Shown here piece after piece: positions 45,801 to 52,448 of a DNA stretch of 52,517 nt. The stretch spans positions 1 through 52,517 of the IMG/VR virus record IMGVR_UViG_3300033067_000691; one strand, written 5' to 3'. The notes under the pieces are model-generated. The model had not been told where the DNA came from. It worked only from the letters and a program-made list of their open reading frames with translations, and made no database searches. The DNA is from a virus (taxonomy: Duplodnaviria > Caudoviricetes). Position 1 is the first letter of the stretch. Each line of letters opens with the position of its first letter. The position numbers and the translations under genes are program-made.

Positions 45801-48527
45801 CAGACCCCGATGGGTTTGCAGGGCGGCGCCACGGGCAACAACGCCTCATGGAACGGTTATCAGGCGTCCAAGCTGGATGACGTGATCCGGACCCTTCAGG
45901 ACAAGCACATCGACAGCAAGCGCACGGTGCAGGCAATCAAGGCTGCCGGGCGCCAAGTCGCCGACAAGTGGGACGTCTACCTGCAGGAATCGCTGTTCCA
46001 TGGCCGCGCGGCAAAGCGGACGCTGGAGTTCGTTGAAACCGAGCTGACGCCGCTGGCGCAGGATTTGGCCATGCGCGGTCTCACACTTGATGAGCTCGAC
46101 CAGTACCTGCACGCGCGCCATGCGGAAGAAGCAAATGCCCTGATCGCCCAGCGCAATCCAGCGATTCCCGATGGCGGCTCCGGCATGACCAACCAGCAGG
46201 CGCACGACTACTTCACCAGCCTGGACCCGTCGAAGCGCAAGCGGCTGGAAGCCTCGGCCGCCCGGGTGGATGCCATCATTGCCAACACGCGCAAGCTCTA
46301 CGTCAGCTATGGGCTGGAATCGCAGGAAACCATCGACGGCTGGGCCGACACCTTCCAGCATTACGTGCCGCTGATGCGCGAGGACAAGGACGGCGGCATG
46401 GGCATCGGTCAAGGCTTTTCGGTCAAGGGCAAAGAGTCCAAGAGCCGCACCGGTTCGACCCGCGCCGTGGTGGATATTCTGGCCAACATCGCCATGCAGC
46501 GCGAACGCGCCGTCGTGCGCGGCGAGAAGAACCGGGTTTCCGTGTCCCTGCTGGGCCTGGCCAAGCTGAACCCGAACCCCGGCTTCTGGATGACGGACCG
46601 CATTCCGATGATCACCGGCCTGAACCCGGCAACCGGACTGGTTGAGACCTATCCGGATCCCGGCTACAAGAGCCGTGAGAATGTCGTCGTGGCCAAGGTT
46701 CCCGACGGCAAGGGTGGTATTCAGGAGCGCGCTGTCGTCTTCAACGAGGAAAACGAACAGGCCATGAACATGGCGCGCGCGCTGAAGAATCTGGACGCCG
46801 CACAGCTTGAGGGCTTGATGGGTGCGGCGTCGCGCGTGACGCGCTACTTTGCGTCGATCAATACCCAGTACAACCCGGTCTTCGGCGTGACCAACCTGGT
46901 GCGAGACGTGCAGGACGCCATGCTGAACCTGTCGTCGACGCCGATCGCCGGCCACAAGGCCGACGTGCTGAAGCACACGCTCGGGGCCCTGCGCGGGATC
47001 TACATCGATACCCGTCAAATGCGCAAGGGCCAGCCGGCGACGTCGGCCTACGCTCAACTGTGGGAGGAATTCCAGCATGAGGGCGGGCAGACTGGTTACC
47101 GCGACATGTTCCGCACCAGCGCCGACCGTGCGCGCGCCATCGAGAGGGCCATCAACCCGACGCAATGGATGGACAGCCCCCTGGGTCAGGTCTTCACTGC
47201 CGGCGGCGCGCTGCGGGTTCCCGTTGCCGTCGCGCAGCAAAAGGCGACCTGGCTATTCGACTGGTTGAGCGACTACAACGAGTCGATGGAGAACGCCGTG
47301 CGCCTGGCCGCCTACAAGGTGGGGCTGGAGCAGGGCATGAGTAAGCAGCAGGCGGCGGCGATGGCCAAGAGCTTGACGGTGAATTTCAACCGCAAGGGGC
47401 AGATCGGCATGCAGGCCGGCGCGCTCTACGCCTTCTTCAATGCTTCCATGCAGGGCACCGGCCGCATCGCGCAGACGCTGTTCACCATCCAGGGCAACGA
47501 CATCAAGACCGTCAGGCTGTCCAAGTCCGGACAGAAGATCGTCGCCGGCGGCATCCTGCTGGGAAGCCTCCAGGCGCTGATGCTGATGGCCGCCGGCTTC
47601 GGTGATGATGAGCCCCCGGAGTTCGTGCGCGAGCGCAATACCATCATCCCGATCGGCAACAAGAAGTACGTCACGATCCCCATGCCGCTCGGCTTTGCCG
47701 TCCTGCCCAACATCGGCCGCATCGCTACCGAGTTCGTCATGGGTGGATTCAAGAACCCAGCGAAGCACGTCACGCGCCTGCTTGGCATCGCCGCGGATGC
47801 CTTCAACCCGATTGGCGGCAACGGAACAGTGTTGCAGATGGTCACGCCGACCGCCTTGGATCCGCTGGCCGCGATTGCCGAGAACAAGGACTGGACCAAG
47901 AAGCCGATTGCCAAGGTGGCCTATGACAAGACCACGCCGGGGCACAAGCTCTGGAAGGATACGGCCAGCACGCCGGGAAAGCTGATCGCCGAGGCGATCA
48001 ACGCGATGTCAGGCGGCAACAAGTACGTTGCCGGCAGCCTGAGCCCGACGCCAGACCAGATTGATTACCTGTTTGGCCAGGTGACTGGCGGTGTTGGTCG
48101 CGAGCTGTCGAAGACCGAACAATCGATCATGGCCACGGTGCGCGGCGAGGATTTGCCTCCGCACAAGATTCCCTTGGTCGGCCGGTTCTATGGCGACGCC
48201 AATGCGCAAAGCAGCCAGGGTACGACCTTCTACAACAACATCAACCGCATCAAGGAGTACGAAAACACAATCAAAGGTCTTCGGGAAGACAAGAAGGGCG
48301 AGGAAGCCGCCAAGTTCATCGCCAAGAATCCCGAGGCGCGGCTGGTGATGCGTGCGAACTACACCGAACGCGTGGTGCAAAAGCTTCGCAAGGAAAAGCA
48401 TGATCTGGTCGAGAAGGATGCGCCGCGCGAGCGCATCAAGATGCTGGAAGACCGGATCAAGACGGAAATGCAGCGCTTCAACGATGCCGTGAAGGCGTCA
48501 AAGAAGCGAGAGAAGGAAGCGGCCTGA
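36813..48527 (+). CDS. giant polyvalent DarB-like injected protein: InPase-like, SF2 helicase, N6-adenine methyltransferase, zincin-like and LPD38-like domains
   Basis: PTPAQIEAGNYSKGH (~40300); NGTGTGKT and DEAH (~41980-42250); EPSAGHG and NPPF (~43970-44160); HEIGEHHG (~45320); NFNRKG...FFNASMQG (~47380-47460). Confidence 0.85.
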   Translation: MADISIINAAIERGYSHDEIADILAADAGFDPKAIRGNGYSSAEILGRLGYELPKVSESGDFMRGATTAAKQLPQLGYGLIGAAGAVAESALGEGGVSSAVKEFGVRKYQEAGADIQKDAKETDSLTYSWERAKQGDYGAMVDWLQYGLGYGGVQALEALASGGIGAVLGKATLKGTAEHLAAGMVAKEAARIGAAQEGKALAADVVQRMAVANVAANIGAKVGIGAQAFGMEGGEIMGGLAEQSAKRGSPLTGDEIAKGLGATLAAGSLEFVGDKIGVDLMLGKSGMFKPAAGMTGIGGRVARAGVAAAGAIPIESGTEYFQTGLEEWGQGKEANIAPWNQSPEAQRQAFDAAGLGAVGGGAMAVGGGLLTPPSARPAIPRATPEDVASAETPQAAAAAVADMGAGIAPPIAESLASTQSEIDALLADPLTESAALVQPSSIIPPSVGGNPALGAADTVPSGPQQLPGHVLGSQPVLPENSGNNTSGGVNLLGDLANGKPGIEKGADVVDGGALREMMARMFSISHDRQILDAVVKLIPVDVVNYLAGFKLTPEMLFHNPSMLEGGLPVPGSNDQVPVPSNVTRALMNATAGVATEHQTAAGNPGRLSVNNAATIGAGNMNAVALPGAVVLPEAGQAAKVSGSNEPGRLDVNGGTAGGTIDDRHSVTPNSDVVLGAGGVDASSAPSIMPQAKVGAGSTPIVTQQSDNAVPPGLAQMRARVAERQASADAPVVKESLMVPPTAQPASTNSLPIDSEISTPPAGQPDEPAGTVQGVNRIRGGKLEITGFGRDEVADVLKTAKIVATVTAGKDGRVLVSATDRAGNATKISIKQQNAISKALLGASATPKKARKLSGNLKNDLDIIAPGLYGEVARGGDGEANDAAWGDVSLIAEKMRDEQGYMLPHDANGQDLANALRELIRQHAGGDVVLNEARQAAAMTEEETKRHRSDVLRMADEYGIETKRGIIPRRLEEIEAEVKAAIEQEIGVAGKGMAAAYEAAIEAGIQDQADAILDRIADFYQGETSADRDVLLYREQTNALQEAIDAHQEREGRDTQGEGAGDNQPQATRGEGRPVLELAGQSAEEIRADEERVKSAEAQRLKEEQAAENKRQADAERGAFNLTGSDRPADVLAAQGQQDIFSAPVDAAAHEASTSPHNDKPEPTPAQIEAGNYSKGHATVAGLDISIENPEGSTRSGTDANGKAWSVTMKSHYGYIRGTVSNDKDHVDVFIKPGTPTDYSGPIFVIDQVKANGRYDEFKVMIGWKSEAEARAGYLANYEKGWRGLGAITKVSVADFKTWLTEGDTTKAFAGGMKVGAGATAKKPRKPKAADPMIAIREFYTPGNIIHVDYWNQQDKVLAFEEKEPGNWSVTVQQVKKQGDEWVPAGEVREHRTTPGKDRIIDRVTDPAASDPDKVAAEKADADFDEAMGELGDIIGKNFRATFTPEQEQKLIPVLTKLFDAAFRKGYYKFKEAARFVLGAIQSKFGADVADQITIDHLQGAYIGMAGRYKDQGADKPAVVAAVESKDEISAWSTMETGGIDNGPEQRSGADLERDSEDADPEDGMGEESIRPGRSGDVGSRESGVSGTEAQGRAGSGSSIFGPEAPAAGEPGDQSIYTGAGRPVIEAGAAGSGVDSGSDSDSLDGSPIEPTSTDLFAELAESRVSLDEAKAKQQAADRLEHKPGIANIRETLPILTEGQQQDVHIAETRFAKPDGYGMLFTNGTGTGKTFTGLGIIKRMAVSGKRNVIIAVPNDKIADDWRKSGKLLGLDISLLENTKDAGRGIVITTYANFGQNPELARREWDLVVADEAHKLAMNASGEATLALDALQALTLHPDGAYTRARMLHADLYARLDELEALAKSQRMSDDERNWHAESGTQTKIDSLRREIDAKVEAIKEDIAARQGEARPRALFLSATPFAYEKTVDWANGYLFDYNEGRGDERNEFRGYNEGSNRDQFFMQHFGYRMRYGKLTEPDSKVDRGLMQRQFNGWLKKRGAVAGRMLDVKADYDRRFILVESAIGARIDQALEWFETQRKAQNRGTGEAGERIAAIMAKADPRAVALGKLRDKIAEKFDYLSRRYLLEAIKAQEVVPHVREHLALGRKVVVFHDYKKGGGFNPFRISPISGTAESKEAQAENDAYNRVVEEFTTEFSDLIESDLWRASSPITTFQQEFPGVLLFNGNVPKAQRRAAVEKFQDDASGPQVILVQSDAGKEGISLHDTTGVHQRVLFNLGQPTAPTTAIQQEGRIYRTGQVTDAIFRYLNTGTDWEKWAFATTIAQRASAAENLGMGEQARALKDAFIAGFEESDDYRAGMDGEGKGGKERDRAANEAITEYDRARAFYFGTQKKTAKTKAQEGVDYFATPEPVGFKMMEWADIRPGEAVLEPSAGHGAIARWMPDTAVRTAIEPSMTLRSRLAMVFDGTMLDHDFEDLNIVNKYDAIVMNPPFGSGGKTAIDHLAKAATHLRDGGRIVALIPRGPAADKRFDKWFYEESEKASKPIVPASALNVGEEIHRGDTVRIFGFGRNSDMVVDRADKINGVYYIRPEGADKASSINVTAVEAVIPGKRTESYKPAEGLNLVADVVMPNVTFERAGTQVATRIVVIEKSPDAPQLFSPSFVDVEDINELFDRMEGTTVEGRAKPEVVEVEAAPSKTGKAAKPVVDQEAAKAAAETMGLNIIEHITQKGKTLRGVVRTDLTRDQAKEIDEFTFKKDGGWFIREKHLVAKPGESGGALESRSDSMTREQAEMIIAASRGGIHTGETVGSIRSGLHQSIGKAVIDRLEQKGLLRILKTADDLPYGLTLSETGTALYDGNVAYLIADRMRPETAVREILHEIGEHHGLEGMLGKDGYAALTRRVRAMEKFGNQRVRDAFATVRQLYPEYADNSAEFMHEVLANIGQDADIQAKPWWQEMLAAVKRWIVQIGYGGLIKAGDIQDMVLHSLKVAAGEDHFAGAGNMIPAMASKSGSPAMEARQTRQQALPNTGTPPAPAPVRQTPMGLQGGATGNNASWNGYQASKLDDVIRTLQDKHIDSKRTVQAIKAAGRQVADKWDVYLQESLFHGRAAKRTLEFVETELTPLAQDLAMRGLTLDELDQYLHARHAEEANALIAQRNPAIPDGGSGMTNQQAHDYFTSLDPSKRKRLEASAARVDAIIANTRKLYVSYGLESQETIDGWADTFQHYVPLMREDKDGGMGIGQGFSVKGKESKSRTGSTRAVVDILANIAMQRERAVVRGEKNRVSVSLLGLAKLNPNPGFWMTDRIPMITGLNPATGLVETYPDPGYKSRENVVVAKVPDGKGGIQERAVVFNEENEQAMNMARALKNLDAAQLEGLMGAASRVTRYFASINTQYNPVFGVTNLVRDVQDAMLNLSSTPIAGHKADVLKHTLGALRGIYIDTRQMRKGQPATSAYAQLWEEFQHEGGQTGYRDMFRTSADRARAIERAINPTQWMDSPLGQVFTAGGALRVPVAVAQQKATWLFDWLSDYNESMENAVRLAAYKVGLEQGMSKQQAAAMAKSLTVNFNRKGQIGMQAGALYAFFNASMQGTGRIAQTLFTIQGNDIKTVRLSKSGQKIVAGGILLGSLQALMLMAAGFGDDEPPEFVRERNTIIPIGNKKYVTIPMPLGFAVLPNIGRIATEFVMGGFKNPAKHVTRLLGIAADAFNPIGGNGTVLQMVTPTALDPLAAIAENKDWTKKPIAKVAYDKTTPGHKLWKDTASTPGKLIAEAINAMSGGNKYVAGSLSPTPDQIDYLFGQVTGGVGRELSKTEQSIMATVRGEDLPPHKIPLVGRFYGDANAQSSQGTTFYNNINRIKEYENTIKGLREDKKGEEAAKFIAKNPEARLVMRANYTERVVQKLRKEKHDLVEKDAPRERIKMLEDRIKTEMQRFNDAVKASKKREKEAA
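38211..38807 (-). CDS. HNH endonuclease with two zinc fingers and C-terminal HTH, nested antisense in the giant ORF
   Basis: CTAC...FCSLPC, CANC...FCSYAC, HRWVMEQHLGRKL...VHHINGDKLDNRIENL; GGGAG RBS. Confidence 0.85.
   Translation of the reverse strand: MPVVNCTACGTPVYIKPSRLVATGNFCSLPCFRKHYSAGQRNGVHVACANCGSVVYRKTSRIPGSGLVFCSYACRGIHQRTGYIGRNGYLIIATGDGKPTLKHRWVMEQHLGRKLESSEIVHHINGDKLDNRIENLAIMTNAEHTGHHFPQRATINDIRPFFDAGLTVRQIAKQVHSATRVVARVLRQHGLRTKHMPR
38838..38882 (-). promoter_or_regulatory. extended -10 promoter and leader hairpin for the nested HNH
   Basis: Minus strand TGgCATAAT (-10 at 38874-38879); hairpin 38838-38869. Confidence 0.5.
39946..40092 (+). CDS. possible nested out-of-frame 48-aa basic peptide
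   Basis: AGGAGG 6 nt before the ATG, within a linker of the giant ORF. Confidence 0.35.
   Translation: MPIKNAKDATHKAKVLATINRRQREAKAAQSSSSPANPPKKSAPTKSA
41437..41811 (+). CDS. nested out-of-frame 124-aa helical protein
   Basis: TACAAT (41411-16) and AGGAGGT (41423-29); giant frame here is a disordered G/S/D/E linker. Confidence 0.7.
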   Translation: MGLSSVAAPIWNEIAKTQTLKTEWARKAFALDDQAMSDLENREYQELKPKVGQAVAAAFSDLKPLLLENQAISRYIQAQGDPSLRQALPEVVSIAEAIAIASMDRPLSPLQQTSLQNLLKAEYR

Positions 48528-48662
48528 TACCCAAAGAATCTCGCCCACGATGAACAGGGCGAACAGCAGCCAGCTTCCTGCGACGGCCGCCTGCGTGACG
48601 GCTGCCGGCGCCCAGGCGATGAAGGCGAAGATCAGCGCGAAGCAGAAGATGAGCCATTCTAT
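48498..48662 (-). pseudogene. membrane-protein fragment without a canonical start
   Basis: IEWLIFCFALIFAFIAW...WLLFALFIVGEILW; no ATG/GTG/TTG upstream in frame. Confidence 0.45.
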
Positions 48663-48895
48663 GCCTGCTTTCCGACCAGCGCCAAGTAGGCGGCCCGGTT
48701 TGGCTGTGGTCGGGCCTGTTGCGCTGGTGCTTTGGGTTCAAGCTGATGACGAAAGACGATCAGGGCGCCGGAGGGCTTGCGCTTGGCCTCAATCTTGAAG
48801 GCCCGCTTCAGGTAGCGAGCCTGCGCGGCTGGCTGCGTCAGCCCTTCGCACAGATCGGCGACTTCTTCAGGGGATAGCCAGGGCGTGGTGAGCAT
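48659..48895 (-). CDS. DUF4224 family excisionase-like protein
   Basis: WLSPEEVADLCEGLTQPAAQARYL...RKPSGALIV. Confidence 0.7.
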   Translation of the reverse strand: MLTTPWLSPEEVADLCEGLTQPAAQARYLKRAFKIEAKRKPSGALIVFRHQLEPKAPAQQARPQPNRAAYLALVGKQA

Positions 48896-48898
48896 GTA

Positions 48899-49081
48899 TC
48901 AGTTCTCGCCCGGCGCTACATCAATATCTGGATCCAACGGCGCCAGCCTGCGGATCTCCGTCGCGGCCTTCCGCATGAGTGTGGCCGCGCGAGTGTGGTC
49001 AAACCATGCCTCTACGTTGGGAGCCACGGCGTCAAGCTCGTCGGCAAGTTCGGTCAGGCTTTCAGTGCCTTGGTGTGTCAT
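48899..49081 (-). CDS. small hypothetical protein
   Basis: MTHQG...MRKAATEIRRL; ATGA coupling. Confidence 0.55.
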   Translation of the reverse strand: MTHQGTESLTELADELDAVAPNVEAWFDHTRAATLMRKAATEIRRLAPLDPDIDVAPGEN

Positions 49082-49296
49082 TTTGCTTTCCTTGTTCTGG
49101 CGCCCCATGTCCATTCGAAGACCGTCCCTTCGATCGGTTCCGATTTCGGCAGGACTAGGCATTCCAAGCGCTTCCCTCGAACATCCATGATCAGATACAG
49201 CCTTCCCGACTTCGTTCGCAATCCGTCGCCCGGCACAGGCTCCTGACCGTTCCACCACAGGCGAGTGAGAATGCACCTGTCCCACTCCCGTTTCAT
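49078..49296 (-). CDS. hypothetical protein
   Basis: ATGA coupling at both ends. Confidence 0.6.
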   Translation of the reverse strand: MKREWDRCILTRLWWNGQEPVPGDGLRTKSGRLYLIMDVRGKRLECLVLPKSEPIEGTVFEWTWGARTRKAK

Positions 49297-49895
49297 ATCC
49301 GCCTGAATTCAACGCACCACACCCACGGGTTCGCGTCCCATGAGTCGCGGCCGTTGATGGATTCCCACAGGCGAGAGTACGCATAGACATTGCTTGCGCC
49401 GCGCACGTCGTCGGGGAACATTGGCAAGCAGCCCTCGGCCTCCGCATCCGCCTCGCTGATGTCCTGCAGCCGCTCGACGCGGACCGATTCAATCTTCAAT
49501 AGAATGCGAGAGACGCGGCGCGGCATGTGAATTGATGGACGGGACTTGAGCATCAGCCCATGCCCAGCCGTCGCGCCAACTATCTGGTTGTCGGCAAAAT
49601 ACTTGATGGCCACAAAGCCAGGCAGATCGCGCGGGGCGACGTTATCAAATGCCTCGCATGTTCCCCACTTCTCGCGGACATAGAGCCGGTCGCCTGGTTG
49701 GCCGTAGGGGCAATACCCTGGCATCTTGTTCAGAAGGTCGCCAAGGTCCGCGCCTATCACCGATGATCCGGGTTTCGGATACCACGCGCGGCCTTCAGGC
49801 TGTGGCTTCACCGCGCGCCGCGTCTGCGTCTTGGTGCCGGCGAGGATGGCGCGGACCATCGGAGCGGAGAACAGGATTGGGCGCTCAGTCATCAT
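49293..49895 (-). CDS. ASCH/PUA-like phage protein
   Basis: ERPILFSAPMVRAILAGTKTQTRR, PSIHMPR, VERLQDISE, NPWVW. Confidence 0.8.
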   Translation of the reverse strand: MMTERPILFSAPMVRAILAGTKTQTRRAVKPQPEGRAWYPKPGSSVIGADLGDLLNKMPGYCPYGQPGDRLYVREKWGTCEAFDNVAPRDLPGFVAIKYFADNQIVGATAGHGLMLKSRPSIHMPRRVSRILLKIESVRVERLQDISEADAEAEGCLPMFPDDVRGASNVYAYSRLWESINGRDSWDANPWVWCVEFRRI

Positions 49896-50061
49896 CGCCC
49901 CCAAGCACGCGCGCCTCAATGCCGGCCAGCACCTTCTCCTGCTTCTCCGTCAGCGTTGCGCGCTGCTTGATGCTGGGCAGGAATTCAAACTTCTCCCACG
50001 ACGACAGATCGCTACCGACTGCCTCGGCGAGGATCTTGGCGACTCGTTGAGCGGGCGTCAT
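49885..50061 (-). CDS. small hypothetical protein
   Basis: LSSWEKFEFLPSI...LTEKQ; ATGA coupling. Confidence 0.55.
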   Translation of the reverse strand: MTPAQRVAKILAEAVGSDLSSWEKFEFLPSIKQRATLTEKQEKVLAGIEARVLGGDDD

Positions 50062-50300
50062 GGCTTCATCCTTTCCATTTCATCGGCCGCCATCAGCAGG
50101 CAGTGTGCGTAGCTGCGAAGCAGGTCGGGTTCCTTGATGTCGTCGGCGCCGGCAAAGCTTGCCGTGGGGAATGACGGCATCCGGATGTTGCAAAGCGGCC
50201 CGCTGGCGGCTTTGGTTACGACGACCTCAATGCGCGCATCGTTGGCGCACTCGTAGTCTGTGAATACCACTTCGCGGCGGATTTCGTCGGCGATGCTCAT
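50058..50300 (-). CDS. hypothetical protein
   Basis: GGAGG RBS; coupled at both ends. Confidence 0.6.
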   Translation of the reverse strand: MSIADEIRREVVFTDYECANDARIEVVVTKAASGPLCNIRMPSFPTASFAGADDIKEPDLLRSYAHCLLMAADEMERMKP

Positions 50301-51313
50301 GGCTGCCTCCGCAAAAATGCAGGGATTGGGTAGGTGATGCGCTCAGGTTTGCGCGCCTCCGGGTATCCGTCGTGCAGCGTTCCAGCCAGGTCGCGCCCTG
50401 CCGCCTTCTTTCCGACTCGAACGACCGTCAAGACGTCGGCGCACTCGTCCTGAAGGGCGTCATCGCCTTCGTTCCAGAACGTGCCGTCGCTGCGAATGTG
50501 GCGCACTTCACCGGCTGCTGTCCCGAAAGCCTGCGCGCCAGCGTTCACCCATTCGCCCCACTGCTTGAACAAGAACGGTACGCCGGCCGACTCGCATTGA
50601 TCGTGCAGGTCGTATGCCCATGACCCATGCATCGGTCGCGCCTCCGGTCCGCTCTCCCCGCCGACGATGACCCAATCGAGCGGACTATGAAGGTCTTGCC
50701 AATCCGGGTCTTTTCCTGGTCTGAACTTCGGGCGAAGATAGCTGCTCAGGTCGACCAGCCCAAGCAGCGGTTCCATGCTGACGAACCGCACCGCCGCCGG
50801 TGTCGCCAGCAGCTTCGGGATGTCTCGGTCGGCCTCGGCCTGATTGACGACCGTGGCGCCAAGCCAGACGTTGTGCAGCAATTCTCGACCTGGATCGATC
50901 GCGCGCATTTCGCGAGTCGCTTCGACCATCATTCGCTCGGCGTTTCCGATCCGCTTCGTCAACAGTAACCAGTCGAGATTCGGGGTCTGAGCGATCAGGC
51001 TGAATAGATCGGCACGCCAATGCTCCGGAACCTCGTTGTCGAACACGTCGGCGAGGCTCGCGCAGAAAACTCGGCGGCGCCGGCCGTGGGCGGCAAAGAA
51101 CTCGTCATGCTGGCGATCCCATTGCAGCGGCTTCTTCCAGTTGCCCGGCGATGTGCGGCTGCGCGGATTTCCAGTACCCCATTTGACGCGGTGCTTGCGG
51201 TGGTCAAAGTCGGCCTCCGCGTAGCAGTTATCGCAGCCAGGACCCACCTTGGTGCACCCAATCCATGGATTAAAACTAGAATCGCACCAGGCAATTTCAG
51301 TGTTTTCAGCCAT
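50297..51313 (-). CDS. DUF5131 / phage Gp37-Gp68 family (radical-SAM-like)
   Basis: FNPWIGCTKVGPGCDNCYAE, LLTKR, FVSMEPLL, WVIVGGESG, FLFKQWG. Confidence 0.9.
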   Translation of the reverse strand: MAENTEIAWCDSSFNPWIGCTKVGPGCDNCYAEADFDHRKHRVKWGTGNPRSRTSPGNWKKPLQWDRQHDEFFAAHGRRRRVFCASLADVFDNEVPEHWRADLFSLIAQTPNLDWLLLTKRIGNAERMMVEATREMRAIDPGRELLHNVWLGATVVNQAEADRDIPKLLATPAAVRFVSMEPLLGLVDLSSYLRPKFRPGKDPDWQDLHSPLDWVIVGGESGPEARPMHGSWAYDLHDQCESAGVPFLFKQWGEWVNAGAQAFGTAAGEVRHIRSDGTFWNEGDDALQDECADVLTVVRVGKKAAGRDLAGTLHDGYPEARKPERITYPIPAFLRRQP

Positions 51314-52043
51314 GTTGCCTCCCTTGCGCCACAGCCAGCGCCACCGCCACCGGCCGAACCCAGATCGGCGACGCCGAGAGCATGAAGGTTTCTCCAGACC
51401 AAGCCAGCAGCAGCGTGGTCCCCATGACGCCGGCGATTGCCGCTGCGGCGTCTGGTGGTACCGCGTTGCCGATGCGTTCGCGCCAGTCGCTGTCGCTGAG
51501 TCCATCGAGTTCAAGGTATTCCTCGGGCTCAACCAGAGATTGCAGGGCAGCGAGCTCGAGCGTGGTGAATGGGCGATGCCAGGTGCCGTCGAGCAACCGC
51601 ACCACCAGCCCCGCCGTGCCGCGTGTGGCGGCCAGCAGACGTTGCGCTTCGCCCTGGGTGAGCACGACCGGGAGCCGTTTGGAGGGCTTGGCACGGGTGA
51701 TGCTGTCGAGCCAGCCGAGTTCGACGCCGAGTACTTGCCTGTAAAGGAATAGGATGGCGTGCATGGCCTGGTTCTGCGTGCCCGCGGCGACGTCGCGCAC
51801 CGTAGCCAGGTGCGACAAGAATGCTTCGACCTCGGCCGCGCCCATGTCGCGCGGGTGGCGCAGACCGTGGAAGTGAATGTAAAACTTGATCCAGTGCAGG
51901 TAGGTATTCTCGGTGGCGCGGGCATAGTGGAGCACACGAATGCGCTCGCGCACCTGGTCAAGCAGCTTGGGCGGCTTTGCCGGGGTTGGCGTGTCGCGTT
52001 TGACTGGCGCGAGTGTCGCGTCACGTTCGATGACTTCAGTCAT
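51306..52043 (-). pseudogene. intI: chimera: integron integrase N-terminal half fused to a C5-cytosine methyltransferase C-terminus
   Basis: KLLDQVRERIRVLHY...TQNQA...RAKPSKRLPVVLT, then DGTWHRPFTTLELAALQ...RERIGNAVPP; no catalytic R-H-R-H-Y residues. Confidence 0.85.
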
Positions 52044-52071
52044 GGTGCGGTTCTCCTGTGATCGGTGCCGA

Positions 52072-52131
52072 GTTATGCGACATGACAGGCGCGTTCACGC
52101 GACATCGGGTGTCGTTGAATTTAAGTTGGGG
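52072..52131 (+). mobile_element. attI: integron attI site
   Basis: Direct repeats GTTATGCGACAT / GTTCACGCGACAT, L-like GTTGAAT (52114-20) and core GTTGGGG (52125-31), just upstream of intI. Confidence 0.7.
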
Positions 52132-52391
52132 GTCTTGTTTGCCGCATTCCATGCTTCGCGGCACTTGTTGTAACACTCGGCTTCTGGCATAAAATAGTCC
52201 AGTACCACCGGGGTTGTGTCACCGCCGCAATATCCGCACTCAACAACGGCAACGTTATTCCGGTGGCCTTTGTATAGCATCTTGATTATGTAGCGTTCGC
52301 TTCCGCAGTGTTTGCATGGCGCAACCCCCAACCCGTCGTCCAACGCGGACGTGCCGCTCGATGCTTCGTTGTTGCTCGGTGCGTTCTCCAT
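52095..52391 (-). CDS. Lar-like restriction-alleviation zinc-ribbon protein (cassette 1)
   Basis: PCKHCG...VECGYCG...REAWN; AT-rich core; ends PNLNSTTPDVA inside attI. Confidence 0.65.
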   Translation of the reverse strand: MENAPSNNEASSGTSALDDGLGVAPCKHCGSERYIIKMLYKGHRNNVAVVECGYCGGDTTPVVLDYFMPEAECYNKCREAWNAANKTPNLNSTTPDVA

Positions 52392-52448
52392 GTTCAATCT
52401 CCCTTAGTGGCGTCAGTGGGCGGCACGCCGCTTACCTTGGCGTTGGGG
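52326..52448 (+). mobile_element. attC: integron attC site (123 bp)
   Basis: R'' CCCCAAC, arm GCGGACGTGCCGCTC pairs with GGGCGGCACGCCGC, R' GTTGGGG. Confidence 0.82.

Noticed and set aside
50297-52024. 575-aa ORF as listed in the ORF track
   Set aside because: The N-terminal part is an alternative frame of the intI chimera; the real DUF5131 start is 51313, with a GGAGG RBS.
51306-52043. Functional phage integrase
   Set aside because: It is IntI-like and truncated before the first catalytic Arg.
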